NCBI GenBank assembly: GCA_963662655.2
Contig: CAXXTU010000002.1
Span: 1,408,001-1,472,000, forward strand
Direction of reading: 5' to 3'
DNA: 64,000 nucleotides
Source: Candidatus Cloacimonadales bacterium
GTDB lineage: Bacteria > Cloacimonadota > Cloacimonadia > Cloacimonadales > JAIOQZ01
Shown in pieces: positions 50,482-59,069 of the stretch. Under the pieces are notes generated by a model. The model was not told the origin of the DNA and did not search any database. It saw only the letters and a list, made by a program, of their open reading frames with translations. The stretch's first letter is position 1. Each line of letters begins with the position of its first letter. A program made the translations under genes and the position numbers.

Positions 50482-51690
50482 ATGAAGTTCAATCTGAATA
50501 ATTTCCTGATTGCTGTTTCCATGGCGCTCGACTTTGTCGAGATGGATATCCTTGGCGCAACCGCGGACCACACCAGAAGAGTCGCCTATATTTCGCTTCG
50601 AATAGCTGAAGCGCTCGACATGACGCCAGAAGAAAAGTTCGACTTATGCTCCTTTGCCATCCTACACGACAACGGACTCAGCGAGGAAGTTCTATATTCA
50701 ACGCTGGAGATCGACAAGATCGATCGCCTGGGTAAAATGGAAGGCTATAAAGAGCACTGCAACATCGGCGAACGAAACATTGTCGATTACCCGTTTCTCA
50801 CCGAAAACCGGGATATTGTCCGCTACCATCATGAGGGCTTCAGCGGGAAAGGCTTCTTCGGCCTGGCTGAAGACGAGATTCCGCTCATGGCGCAGATTAT
50901 CGGATTGGCTGATTACGTGGACAATCGCTTCCATTTCGAGATACCCCCGCTTGAACATCGGCGAAAAATCATCCAATACATCGAAAGTCAGAAAGGGCGA
51001 CGTTTCTCCAGGGAGATGGTCGAATTGTTTCTCGATGTCAGCAGCAAAACCAGTTTCTGGTTCGATCTTAAGCGGCCGTTCATTTACCACGAACTCCCAA
51101 AGCTGGTTCCTCAAATCGAGTGTGATTATGATTGCGAGGAAGTGTTGAAAATCACTAGCGTCTTTTCCAGAATCATCGATTCGAAGTCAAAATTTACAGC
51201 AAGGCACTCGACCGGGCTGATCGAGAAAGCCAAAATCATGACCGAGTTCTACGGATTCGAGGCAGAGAAGAGGGGTCGGTTTGCCATAGCAGCCAGCCTG
51301 CATGATTTGGGGAAACTCGCGATCCCCAACAATATCCTCGATAAGCGGCATTCCCTCACTCTTGACGATTTCGAGATCATCAAGGCGCACACGTATTACA
51401 CGCGACAGGCCCTGCAGGAGATCACCTGTTTCGAAGACATTACCGAGTGGGCCTCGAACCATCATGAGAAGTTGAATGGGATGGGGTATCCGTACGGATT
51501 CAAGGCAGAAAGGCTTTCCTTCGAGGATCGTTTGATGAGTTGTCTGGATATATATCAGGCGCTTTCCGAGCAACGCCCCTATCGAAATCCATCTCCGCAC
51601 GAGCAGGTGATGGTGCTCATGCGGAAGATGGTAAAAAACGGTTATATCGACGGTGATATCGTTGAAGACCTCAACCGTGTCTTTGCTTGA
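50482..51690 (+). CDS. Tandem HD / HD-GYP phosphohydrolase
   Basis: LHDNG and LHDLGK; HHEKLNGMGYP in the second domain; first domain HHEGFSGKGFF is degenerate. Confidence 0.9.
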   Translation: MKFNLNNFLIAVSMALDFVEMDILGATADHTRRVAYISLRIAEALDMTPEEKFDLCSFAILHDNGLSEEVLYSTLEIDKIDRLGKMEGYKEHCNIGERNIVDYPFLTENRDIVRYHHEGFSGKGFFGLAEDEIPLMAQIIGLADYVDNRFHFEIPPLEHRRKIIQYIESQKGRRFSREMVELFLDVSSKTSFWFDLKRPFIYHELPKLVPQIECDYDCEEVLKITSVFSRIIDSKSKFTARHSTGLIEKAKIMTEFYGFEAEKRGRFAIAASLHDLGKLAIPNNILDKRHSLTLDDFEIIKAHTYYTRQALQEITCFEDITEWASNHHEKLNGMGYPYGFKAERLSFEDRLMSCLDIYQALSEQRPYRNPSPHEQVMVLMRKMVKNGYIDGDIVEDLNRVFA

Positions 51691-52026
51691 TTAATGCCCG
51701 CAGGATATCGTCGGATCGTCTTTCAGTACGCCAGTGATGTACTGCTCAATGATTTCATCGAGTTCGACTTCACCAACACCGCACACAACCTTGATTCCGT
51801 TCTGCGCAAACAATTCCTTTGCTCTGGAACCCATGTTACCTGCGATGATGATATCCACGTTTTGTTCCCCGAGGAACTGCGGCAAGAGACCCGGCTGATG
51901 CGGCGGTGACGGAAGAACCTTTTTCTCTACGACTTCGTTGTTCTCGATTGTATAAAGCGTGAAATGCGGAGCGTGGCCGAAGTGGCCGCTCATTTGTCCG
52001 TTATCTGTAGGTATTGCGATCAACAT
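51691..52026 (-). CDS. NifB/NifX-family iron-molybdenum cluster-binding protein
   Basis: IAIPT...SGHFGHAPHF...GNMG. Confidence 0.88.
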   Translation of the reverse strand: MLIAIPTDNGQMSGHFGHAPHFTLYTIENNEVVEKKVLPSPPHQPGLLPQFLGEQNVDIIIAGNMGSRAKELFAQNGIKVVCGVGEVELDEIIEQYITGVLKDDPTISCGH

Positions 52027-52029
52027 AGA

Positions 52030-52845
52030 TTATCCCTCCACTTTTTCGATGATCTTGTGGGTTATATCCTGCATGATCCCGGCAGCTTTCATCTTGCCGA
52101 AATCGTATATGTACGGGCGACCGGAGTCGCTAGACTTTGCGATATTGGTATCGATCGGGATTCTTCCGAGGATATCCACGCCGAAATCATCGGCGGCTTT
52201 CTGGGTCCCTTCGCCTTCGAAGATGCTGATTTCCTTGCCGCAGTGGGGGCAAAGGAACGTCCCCATGTTTTCCACGATGCCCAGTACCGGAACCGTCATT
52301 CTATGCGAGAAATTGATGGTCTTACGTGCGTCGAGGAAAGCAACGTCCTGCGGGGTAGAAACGATCACCGAGCCATCCACCTTGCCAAGCAGTTGCACGA
52401 TCGAAAGCGGTTCGTCACCGGTTCCAGGAGGACAATCTGCGATCAGGTAGTCGATTTCCGGCCAGGCAATTTCTTCCAGGAACTGGCGGATTGCGCCCAT
52501 CTTGAGCGGTCCACGCCAGATGATCGGTTCATCCGCATCCGGGAGCATGGAAGCGATGGTTACGGCATGAAGGTTTTCGTGAACGCGAATCGGCATTGGC
52601 TCGCCGTTCTCGTCGACTTCGAGTCTGCGACCTTCGATCCCAAGCATTTTCGCAAGCGATGGGCCGTGCAGGTCTGTGTCGATCAGACCGACTCTTCTGC
52701 CGGCAAGCGCGAGACCGTATGCCAGGTTGACCGCCATGGTGCTCTTCCCCACGCCGCCTTTTCCGCTTAGGACTACGATTTTATATTTGATGCGCTTCAG
52801 ATTGGCCTGAAGCTTCTCATCGGAAGGCTTCTTTGCGTTTTGCAT
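52030..52845 (-). CDS. Mrp/NBP35 family ATP-binding Fe-S carrier
   Basis: SGKGGVGKST, WRGP, DCPPGTGD, ENM...CPHC. Confidence 0.93.
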   Translation of the reverse strand: MQNAKKPSDEKLQANLKRIKYKIVVLSGKGGVGKSTMAVNLAYGLALAGRRVGLIDTDLHGPSLAKMLGIEGRRLEVDENGEPMPIRVHENLHAVTIASMLPDADEPIIWRGPLKMGAIRQFLEEIAWPEIDYLIADCPPGTGDEPLSIVQLLGKVDGSVIVSTPQDVAFLDARKTINFSHRMTVPVLGIVENMGTFLCPHCGKEISIFEGEGTQKAADDFGVDILGRIPIDTNIAKSSDSGRPYIYDFGKMKAAGIMQDITHKIIEKVEG

Positions 52846-53027
52846 TGTCTAATTCCTCCAATTATTGGCTGTTATCTTTACGGAACGAAAAACATACGGT
52901 TGCGTTTCTTTGTCAACCAGTATTCATCTTGTTTAACACGAAATACTTCCCAATGGATTCCCGCAGAATACTGCACATATGTTCATAACGCACGTTTCGG
53001 TCGCTCTTCTTTTCGTGAGCAGCCCAC

Positions 53028-53193
53028 GTCCGCGGGGCAGCGCAGAAGCTCATACGCCACGGGCCTGTTCCGAAGACGAGTCACTGAGGATGAGGAACAG
53101 GCCCGTGGCTTTGGATGAGCTTCTTCCCCTCACCGATTGCAAAATTGCAATCGGTGAGGGGGTGTGCTTTGCACACGCGCTGCCCCGCCGGAC
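53028..53193 (-). repeat. Structured four-way-junction palindromic element, copy B
   Basis: 16-bp closing inverted repeat (one bulge) enclosing 6-bp, 17-bp and 10+16-bp hairpins; same order and anchors as copy A when read on the minus strand. Confidence 0.75.
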
Positions 53194-53368
53194 TTCTCTT
53201 GCTGCCCGGGTCTTCATCGGGTGAGAAAAAAAAATTTCCACAAATTTCTGACACCAGAAATATTCGCAAGAGCGATCAATCATGTGTTATCGCGACAGTT
53301 AGTAATACCAAGGAGATAAACACATTTTATTAAAATTGAATCGCATTCACTTATGAATTGCATCTTAC

Positions 53369-53522
53369 TTGACACAATGTGATAATGAAATTTTATTAGC
53401 AATAATTGCAATATGGAAATTTACGTTTTTAAGAAAATTCATTCATGTGGGCAGAGTCAACGGAGAAAATAGGGTAATTACTAAGGTTTTTTATTGACAG
53501 AAAGAAAATATCTGAGCAATAT
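53369..53522 (+). promoter_or_regulatory. AT-rich promoter region of the pilus operon with two TTGACA boxes
   Basis: TTGACA at 53369 and at 53494 (the latter N17-CAATAT). Confidence 0.4.
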
Positions 53523-53581
53523 CACGGATGTGGTTATATTCTATGTAAGAGTACAAAAGTGCTCAGCGAGGATCAAGCATA

Positions 53582-54928
53582 ATGTTAAAGGAATTTAGGT
53601 ACCAGGGTGTAAAAAGAGACACGAAGAAAATCGTTCGCGGAACGATCTACGAAGCGAATCTGAATACCGCCCGGAAGAAGATCAATCAGCTTGCTCTGGA
53701 ACACAACTTTGGCGTACAGAAGGTAGAGCAGAAGAAATCCTTTTTATACAAAGCGATAACCTCACAGGGGAAGAAGGTCAAAGGAGAACAGGACGCGTTC
53801 ACAAAGGACGAACTGCAGAATGCCCTTGCCAGCCTCGGATATAAAAACATCGCCGTCGAACCGAATCTACTGAACATCAGAATGAAACCGCCTTTTGGCG
53901 ACATCGTCATGTTCATTTCCATCACGGCGGACATGCTGAACGAGAACATGAAGTTCGACGAGATATTGAAGATTCACTCGACAGACGTCCAGAACAAGAC
54001 CCTCCGAAACGCGGTCAAAGGCATTTCTCGCGACCTCAGGCAGGGGCAGGACGGCATGAGCGTCTTCCAGAAGTACGCCGACGTCTTTGGCAAATTCACG
54101 TCCTACATGCTCGGACTTGCCTCAAAATCAGGTAACATGGCGGAAATCTACAAGAGCACCGCCGAGTACCTCACGCGCCAGGCGGATTTCCAGAAGAACC
54201 TCCGCCAAGCGCTGGTTATGCCCATCGTGACCTTCATTGCGATCCTCGGTGCGATCGGATACTACGTCGGAAAGCTGTTCCCGGAAATCACGGAGATGTT
54301 CATTCGCTTCAAGATGGAACTCCCCCCCATGACCGCCGCAACGATGGAGCTCAGCTACTTCCTGCAAGACAACTGGTGGTGGCTGGTTATCTTGTTCACT
54401 GCTCCAATTGCCCTCGTGCTGTGGTGGTTCTCGACTCCCAAGGGACGCCTCTGGCGAGATAAGTTTATCATCAAGCTCCCCGTTGTCGGCGAGCTGATTC
54501 ATAAGATGAATATCGAGATTTTCTTCCGCGTGTTCTCCATCGTGTACAGCGGATCGGGCAACAATATCGAGGTGCTCCAAATTGCAGCGGAAGCATGCGG
54601 AAACGCGCACATGGAAAAGCAAATCAAGGAGATAACCATACCTCGAATGCTTAAGGAAGGCGCCGGCCTAATCGATGCCATCGAGGCGTCCGAAGTGTTT
54701 ACCGATACCGCCATCACTCGCTTGAACGCAGGGTCCGCCACTGGTTCGGTGAAGAACGCATCCTTCCAGATTGCAGCCTATTACGAAAAAGAAACCAAGT
54801 ACAAATTTCAGACAATCCTGCAAACGATCGACGTTCTAACAGCATTATTTATCCTTGTGGTCATGACTGGACTCATCGTGGTTTCTTCCGAAAGCGCGTT
54901 CATGCGTCCACCAACACCCGGTGCATAG
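53582..54928 (+). CDS. pilC: Type IV pilus / T2SS inner-membrane platform protein (PilC/GspF family)
   Basis: Two T2SSF repeats, LPPMT, IKLPVVG, 3 TM. Confidence 0.88.
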   Translation: MLKEFRYQGVKRDTKKIVRGTIYEANLNTARKKINQLALEHNFGVQKVEQKKSFLYKAITSQGKKVKGEQDAFTKDELQNALASLGYKNIAVEPNLLNIRMKPPFGDIVMFISITADMLNENMKFDEILKIHSTDVQNKTLRNAVKGISRDLRQGQDGMSVFQKYADVFGKFTSYMLGLASKSGNMAEIYKSTAEYLTRQADFQKNLRQALVMPIVTFIAILGAIGYYVGKLFPEITEMFIRFKMELPPMTAATMELSYFLQDNWWWLVILFTAPIALVLWWFSTPKGRLWRDKFIIKLPVVGELIHKMNIEIFFRVFSIVYSGSGNNIEVLQIAAEACGNAHMEKQIKEITIPRMLKEGAGLIDAIEASEVFTDTAITRLNAGSATGSVKNASFQIAAYYEKETKYKFQTILQTIDVLTALFILVVMTGLIVVSSESAFMRPPTPGA

Positions 54929-54931
54929 CCT

Positions 54932-56707
54932 ATGAAAGAAAATCAATTTTTAGGGAAATTACTCGTTCTCAAGAATATCATAACAGAAGAGATTCTTAAC
55001 GCAGCAAGAGTAAAGCTCGATAAACCGGACAACACCCAGTCGCTGGAAGAAATCCTCATCGAGCATTATCAGGTCGATCGGGACAGGCTCTACACGGAAG
55101 TGGCAAAGCTCTACGCGATTTCCAAGATGAACATCCAGCCGGAGAAACTCTCGGAAGACGACATCGAGGAAATCACGCAACTCCTGGACACACTCCCGAA
55201 GGATGTGAAAATCGAAGCGCTGCAGAAGAAGATTATCCCGTATAAAATCCAGAAGAAACGAATCGAAACGCTGATCATCCTCGCCTCGAATCCCACGGAC
55301 AGCTTCGCGAAGGAGATCGCTTCCTACTCCAAGGTCAAGCGCTACGAAATCGTCTACACGCCTTTCGACGAAATCAAACGGCTGATCGACATCGTCCAGA
55401 AAGACGAAAACGAATTCCTGGACCTCCTCGGCAACGAGGAAGGCACGATCGATATTAACGCCATCGAAGAATCAAAGAAGACCGACGATGACGAATTGAT
55501 CAATCAGGAAATCAATAAGGGCGCGCTGGTCTACCTCTTCGAAGCAGCTCTGGTGGAAGCGGTAAAAAACAAGGTAAGCGATATCCACATCATCCCCTTC
55601 GATGTCAAAACCACCGACATCATGTTCCGTATCGACGGCAAGCTGACGCTGTGGAAACGCAAGGAGAACATCAATCCACAAGCCTTCCAGGCTGTGGTGA
55701 AAGACCGCTCGCTCGGCGTGGATCGTTTCAAGATCGACGAGGCTCAGGACGGGTTCATCCAGCGTGAAATCGACGCCTACACCATCCGTTTCCGCGTCTC
55801 GATCCTGCCCATCGTCTCCCGAGAAATGGAACGCCACTTCGAAAGTATCGTTATTCGTATTCTCGACGACCGCAACGTCATCGACAACATCGACGACCTG
55901 GGTTTCCTCCCGCAATCGAGGCGTGACTTCGAAAAAGCCGTCGCCAAACCTCAGGGCATGGTCATCATCACTGGGCCCACCGGCTCGGGTAAAAGTACCA
56001 CGCTCCTCGCGACCCTCTATCACGTGATGACGCCGGAGCGTAACGCACTGACCGTCGAAGAGCCCGTCGAGTACGTCGTCAAAGGCGCACGCCAGATCAA
56101 GATCAGTCACAAATGTACCTTCGATCTCGCACTCCGCGCGATTCTTCGTCACGACCCCGATATCGTCATGGTTGGCGAGATCCGCGACAAGAAGACTGCC
56201 GAGATAGGGATCAAGCTCGCCAACACGGGGCACCTTACATTCGCGACGCTTCATACCAACGACGCGCCCAGCGCGATCTCCCGTATGTATAAAATGCAGA
56301 TCGAAACCTTCCTGATGGCCAACGCGATCAACATCATCGTGGCGCAGCGCCTGGTCCGTAAACTCTGCAAAGTCTGCAAACGACCCGTGCCCAAAGAAAA
56401 AGCAAAGGTCTACGAAGAATACGGAATTACCATCGAAGAGATACTCGAAGGGAAAATCTTCGAGCCAGTCGGTTGCGACCTGTGCAGAGGTACCGGATTC
56501 AAGGGAAGAGCCGGTATCCATGAGACTCTTTTCTTCTCGCCGGAAATCCAGCAGGCGATCCTGGAAGCAAAATCGGATATCGATGAAAACCACATTCGCC
56601 GAATCGCCGAGAAACAGGGAATGCTTTCGTTGAGGCAATCGGGCATCGAGCTTGTCCGTAAGGGCATTGCCGACCTGAATGACGTTCTGTCAACAACCAC
56701 CGAATAG
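54932..56707 (+). CDS. pilB: Type IV pilus assembly ATPase (PilB/GspE family)
   Basis: SDIHI, GPTGSGKST, EEPVE, RHDPDIVMVGEIRD, TGH..ATLHTN, CxxC...CxxC zinc motif. Confidence 0.92.
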   Translation: MKENQFLGKLLVLKNIITEEILNAARVKLDKPDNTQSLEEILIEHYQVDRDRLYTEVAKLYAISKMNIQPEKLSEDDIEEITQLLDTLPKDVKIEALQKKIIPYKIQKKRIETLIILASNPTDSFAKEIASYSKVKRYEIVYTPFDEIKRLIDIVQKDENEFLDLLGNEEGTIDINAIEESKKTDDDELINQEINKGALVYLFEAALVEAVKNKVSDIHIIPFDVKTTDIMFRIDGKLTLWKRKENINPQAFQAVVKDRSLGVDRFKIDEAQDGFIQREIDAYTIRFRVSILPIVSREMERHFESIVIRILDDRNVIDNIDDLGFLPQSRRDFEKAVAKPQGMVIITGPTGSGKSTTLLATLYHVMTPERNALTVEEPVEYVVKGARQIKISHKCTFDLALRAILRHDPDIVMVGEIRDKKTAEIGIKLANTGHLTFATLHTNDAPSAISRMYKMQIETFLMANAINIIVAQRLVRKLCKVCKRPVPKEKAKVYEEYGITIEEILEGKIFEPVGCDLCRGTGFKGRAGIHETLFFSPEIQQAILEAKSDIDENHIRRIAEKQGMLSLRQSGIELVRKGIADLNDVLSTTTE

Positions 56708-56715
56708 GAGTTTGT

Positions 56716-57111
56716 ATGGGAAGCCAGTACATATACGTCATCATCGCGATCTTCCTTTTTATGAATCTTGTTGTAACGCTCAACAACCATAAAAAGGCAA
56801 CCGCGGAATCGATGATCAACAATCAGGTTCAAAATGACGCGATTGCGCTTGCCCAATCCATTATTGAACGTGGCTGGTCGGTCAAATTCGATGACCTGGA
56901 AGACGAATTCGATAACCCGGGCAAATGGCAGAAATTTACTTTCGGGGCTGGCGACCTCTACGTGCAGACAACGGTCGATTACGCGGCATTCGACAGTAAC
57001 GGCTATACTTCAACAACGTCGAAAACGAGCTACAAACTGCTATGGGTCATCGTGAGCGATGAAAGCAGATCGTTCACAATTGAACTGCAGCACGTGTTTA
57101 CCGAACTGTAG
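56716..57111 (+). CDS. Pilin-like protein (PilV-position minor pilin-like)
   Basis: N-terminal hydrophobic helix then amphipathic helix and beta domain; position after pilB. Confidence 0.6.
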   Translation: MGSQYIYVIIAIFLFMNLVVTLNNHKKATAESMINNQVQNDAIALAQSIIERGWSVKFDDLEDEFDNPGKWQKFTFGAGDLYVQTTVDYAAFDSNGYTSTTSKTSYKLLWVIVSDESRSFTIELQHVFTEL

Positions 57112-57125
57112 GTCGGAGGCGAACG

Positions 57126-57707
57126 ATGCAAACAACACTTGAAATCATCGGCGCATTCATACTGACATTGATGCTGATTTCACTCGTCTTTAAAATGCAG
57201 ATCAATGCGTATGAATCGAACATCGAAGCAACCATGACGTATCGACAGCAATCGTATGCGGAAGTGCTCAAAGAAGTTCTGAGAAACAACATCAAGAACG
57301 TAGGAAAAAGCTTCTCAAGCATCGATCAAGCCATTCAAACCGCGACCGGAAGTAAACTCGAATTTCTCGCGGACATGGATACCGATGGCGTTATCGATAC
57401 CGTAAGCATTTACTCAACGAAATGGATCACAAAAGATCCGACACCCGACCTTGACGACATGCAGATCGTTTTCAAAGTGAACAAAACAATGATTAACACT
57501 GGGTTCTACGGAGTGACAGAGTTTAAATTCAAGTATTACGATAATCATTACGAAGAAACAGCGAATCTTGAAGATATTCAATTTATCTCGTATCAGTTTG
57601 AAATGGAAAGCAGTGAAGCCTTCGGGGCCAACGCAGAAAAAACCGGAGAACGGGCTGTGGCCATTGGCGAAGGCGTTGTTTTTCTCAAGTGTATCTGGGA
57701 CTGGTAA
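57126..57707 (+). CDS. Pilin-like protein (PilW-position minor pilin-like)
   Basis: MQTTLEIIGAF with Glu near position 5; hydrophobic helix; ADMDTDGVID loop. Confidence 0.6.
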   Translation: MQTTLEIIGAFILTLMLISLVFKMQINAYESNIEATMTYRQQSYAEVLKEVLRNNIKNVGKSFSSIDQAIQTATGSKLEFLADMDTDGVIDTVSIYSTKWITKDPTPDLDDMQIVFKVNKTMINTGFYGVTEFKFKYYDNHYEETANLEDIQFISYQFEMESSEAFGANAEKTGERAVAIGEGVVFLKCIWDW

Positions 57708-57725
57708 GAGTCCGGGGAGGAAACT

Positions 57726-59054
57726 GTGGGACGTTATGCAATCTATGTAGTAGCCGCGCTATTCTTATCGATTACCTATATGATGATTAGCGCTAAAGGC
57801 CCTGAGGAATCCGCGTTAAAAGAAACGATCGAGCTGTACAATAAACGTATGGCTCTCAATATTGCGAATAGCTATGCTTATCAGAAGCTCGACCTGATCC
57901 GTTCCGCTGCCTTCAAGGACACCCCCGAGTACATGGCAAGCATCAGTGAAGAGCATAAAATTAAAAGACCGCTTCGGGGCGATATCGATGTAGTGGTTGA
58001 AAGGGACGATGCTACGGGCGAGATCGTCATTACCGCAACAACGAACATAGAAGACCAAAGCGTTACCGTCGTTGTCCGAGACTGGGAACTGCCCTATTCG
58101 TACTACGCCTACTTCGTGAATCGTTTTACGGGAGGCTGGTACGGAAACGGAGAAGATTTCTGGGGACCCGTCCACTGCAACGGCGAATTCAGAGTCGACC
58201 GCGACAGATGGCACAGCGGCGTCTTCTATCCCGGCCCCATTTTCCACGGAAACCTTACGACCTACAACGGATTGTATGTCCAGGGAAGCGGCCATTACCA
58301 TGACGATGATGACATTCCATCCGCGCATTACTCGGGCCTGACAGGCGACAACAACGATCTCTCGCACCGCAAGATACCGTTCAACTCGTCAGCGCTCTCG
58401 ATCGACTACTCGAAGGTGACGGGCCCACCGCTCGATATCGAAACGTTATTCAGCACGAAACCCGGCGATGTCCACATTTTCATGTACGACGATGGTTCGA
58501 TCAAGTTCGTCAGCGACGATGGGACCAAGACGGTGACGATGGACGTGGCGGACATCACCAGCCATGTCATTGTCGCCAAAAGAGATATCCATATCCAGGG
58601 AACATTGGACGGTAACCTGAGCATCGAGACGTCCAAAACGCTGTTCATCGATGGCGATTTGATCTATAAGGACGCGACCAAAGACGTAAACGGCAATCCG
58701 GTTGTCCCTGAAGATTCCGACGACATGCTTGGCCTGATAGCCGACGACATTATCATTCCGGCCGACAACCATTACGATCCGGGTGGAGAATGGCCCGGAT
58801 GCATGACGATGGCGAATATCGTAACGCCAAATGACGTCACAATCAAGAACTGGGGCGGCAAGTATTACGGCTTCTGGACAACGTTCGGGAGTCGCTTGCA
58901 GTCAGAGCCGGTTGTAACCTGGAACGGTAACCTAACAAAGCCAAAGGGATTCAAAGAAAGAATCGTTTACGATAGCAGGTTCAGAACGAAATCACCTCCC
59001 GGTATCCCCGATACGGGAGAGCGACGCGTTACGCAATGGACCGAATCTGACTAA
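57726..59054 (+). CDS. PilX-like pilus tip protein with large beta-rich C-terminal domain
   Basis: N-terminal TM, ALNIANS helix, GPVHCNG, DMLGLIA, YDSRF...PP, C-terminal W.E. Confidence 0.6.
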   Translation: MGRYAIYVVAALFLSITYMMISAKGPEESALKETIELYNKRMALNIANSYAYQKLDLIRSAAFKDTPEYMASISEEHKIKRPLRGDIDVVVERDDATGEIVITATTNIEDQSVTVVVRDWELPYSYYAYFVNRFTGGWYGNGEDFWGPVHCNGEFRVDRDRWHSGVFYPGPIFHGNLTTYNGLYVQGSGHYHDDDDIPSAHYSGLTGDNNDLSHRKIPFNSSALSIDYSKVTGPPLDIETLFSTKPGDVHIFMYDDGSIKFVSDDGTKTVTMDVADITSHVIVAKRDIHIQGTLDGNLSIETSKTLFIDGDLIYKDATKDVNGNPVVPEDSDDMLGLIADDIIIPADNHYDPGGEWPGCMTMANIVTPNDVTIKNWGGKYYGFWTTFGSRLQSEPVVTWNGNLTKPKGFKERIVYDSRFRTKSPPGIPDTGERRVTQWTESD

Positions 59055-59069
59055 GGAGAATAGATTTTT

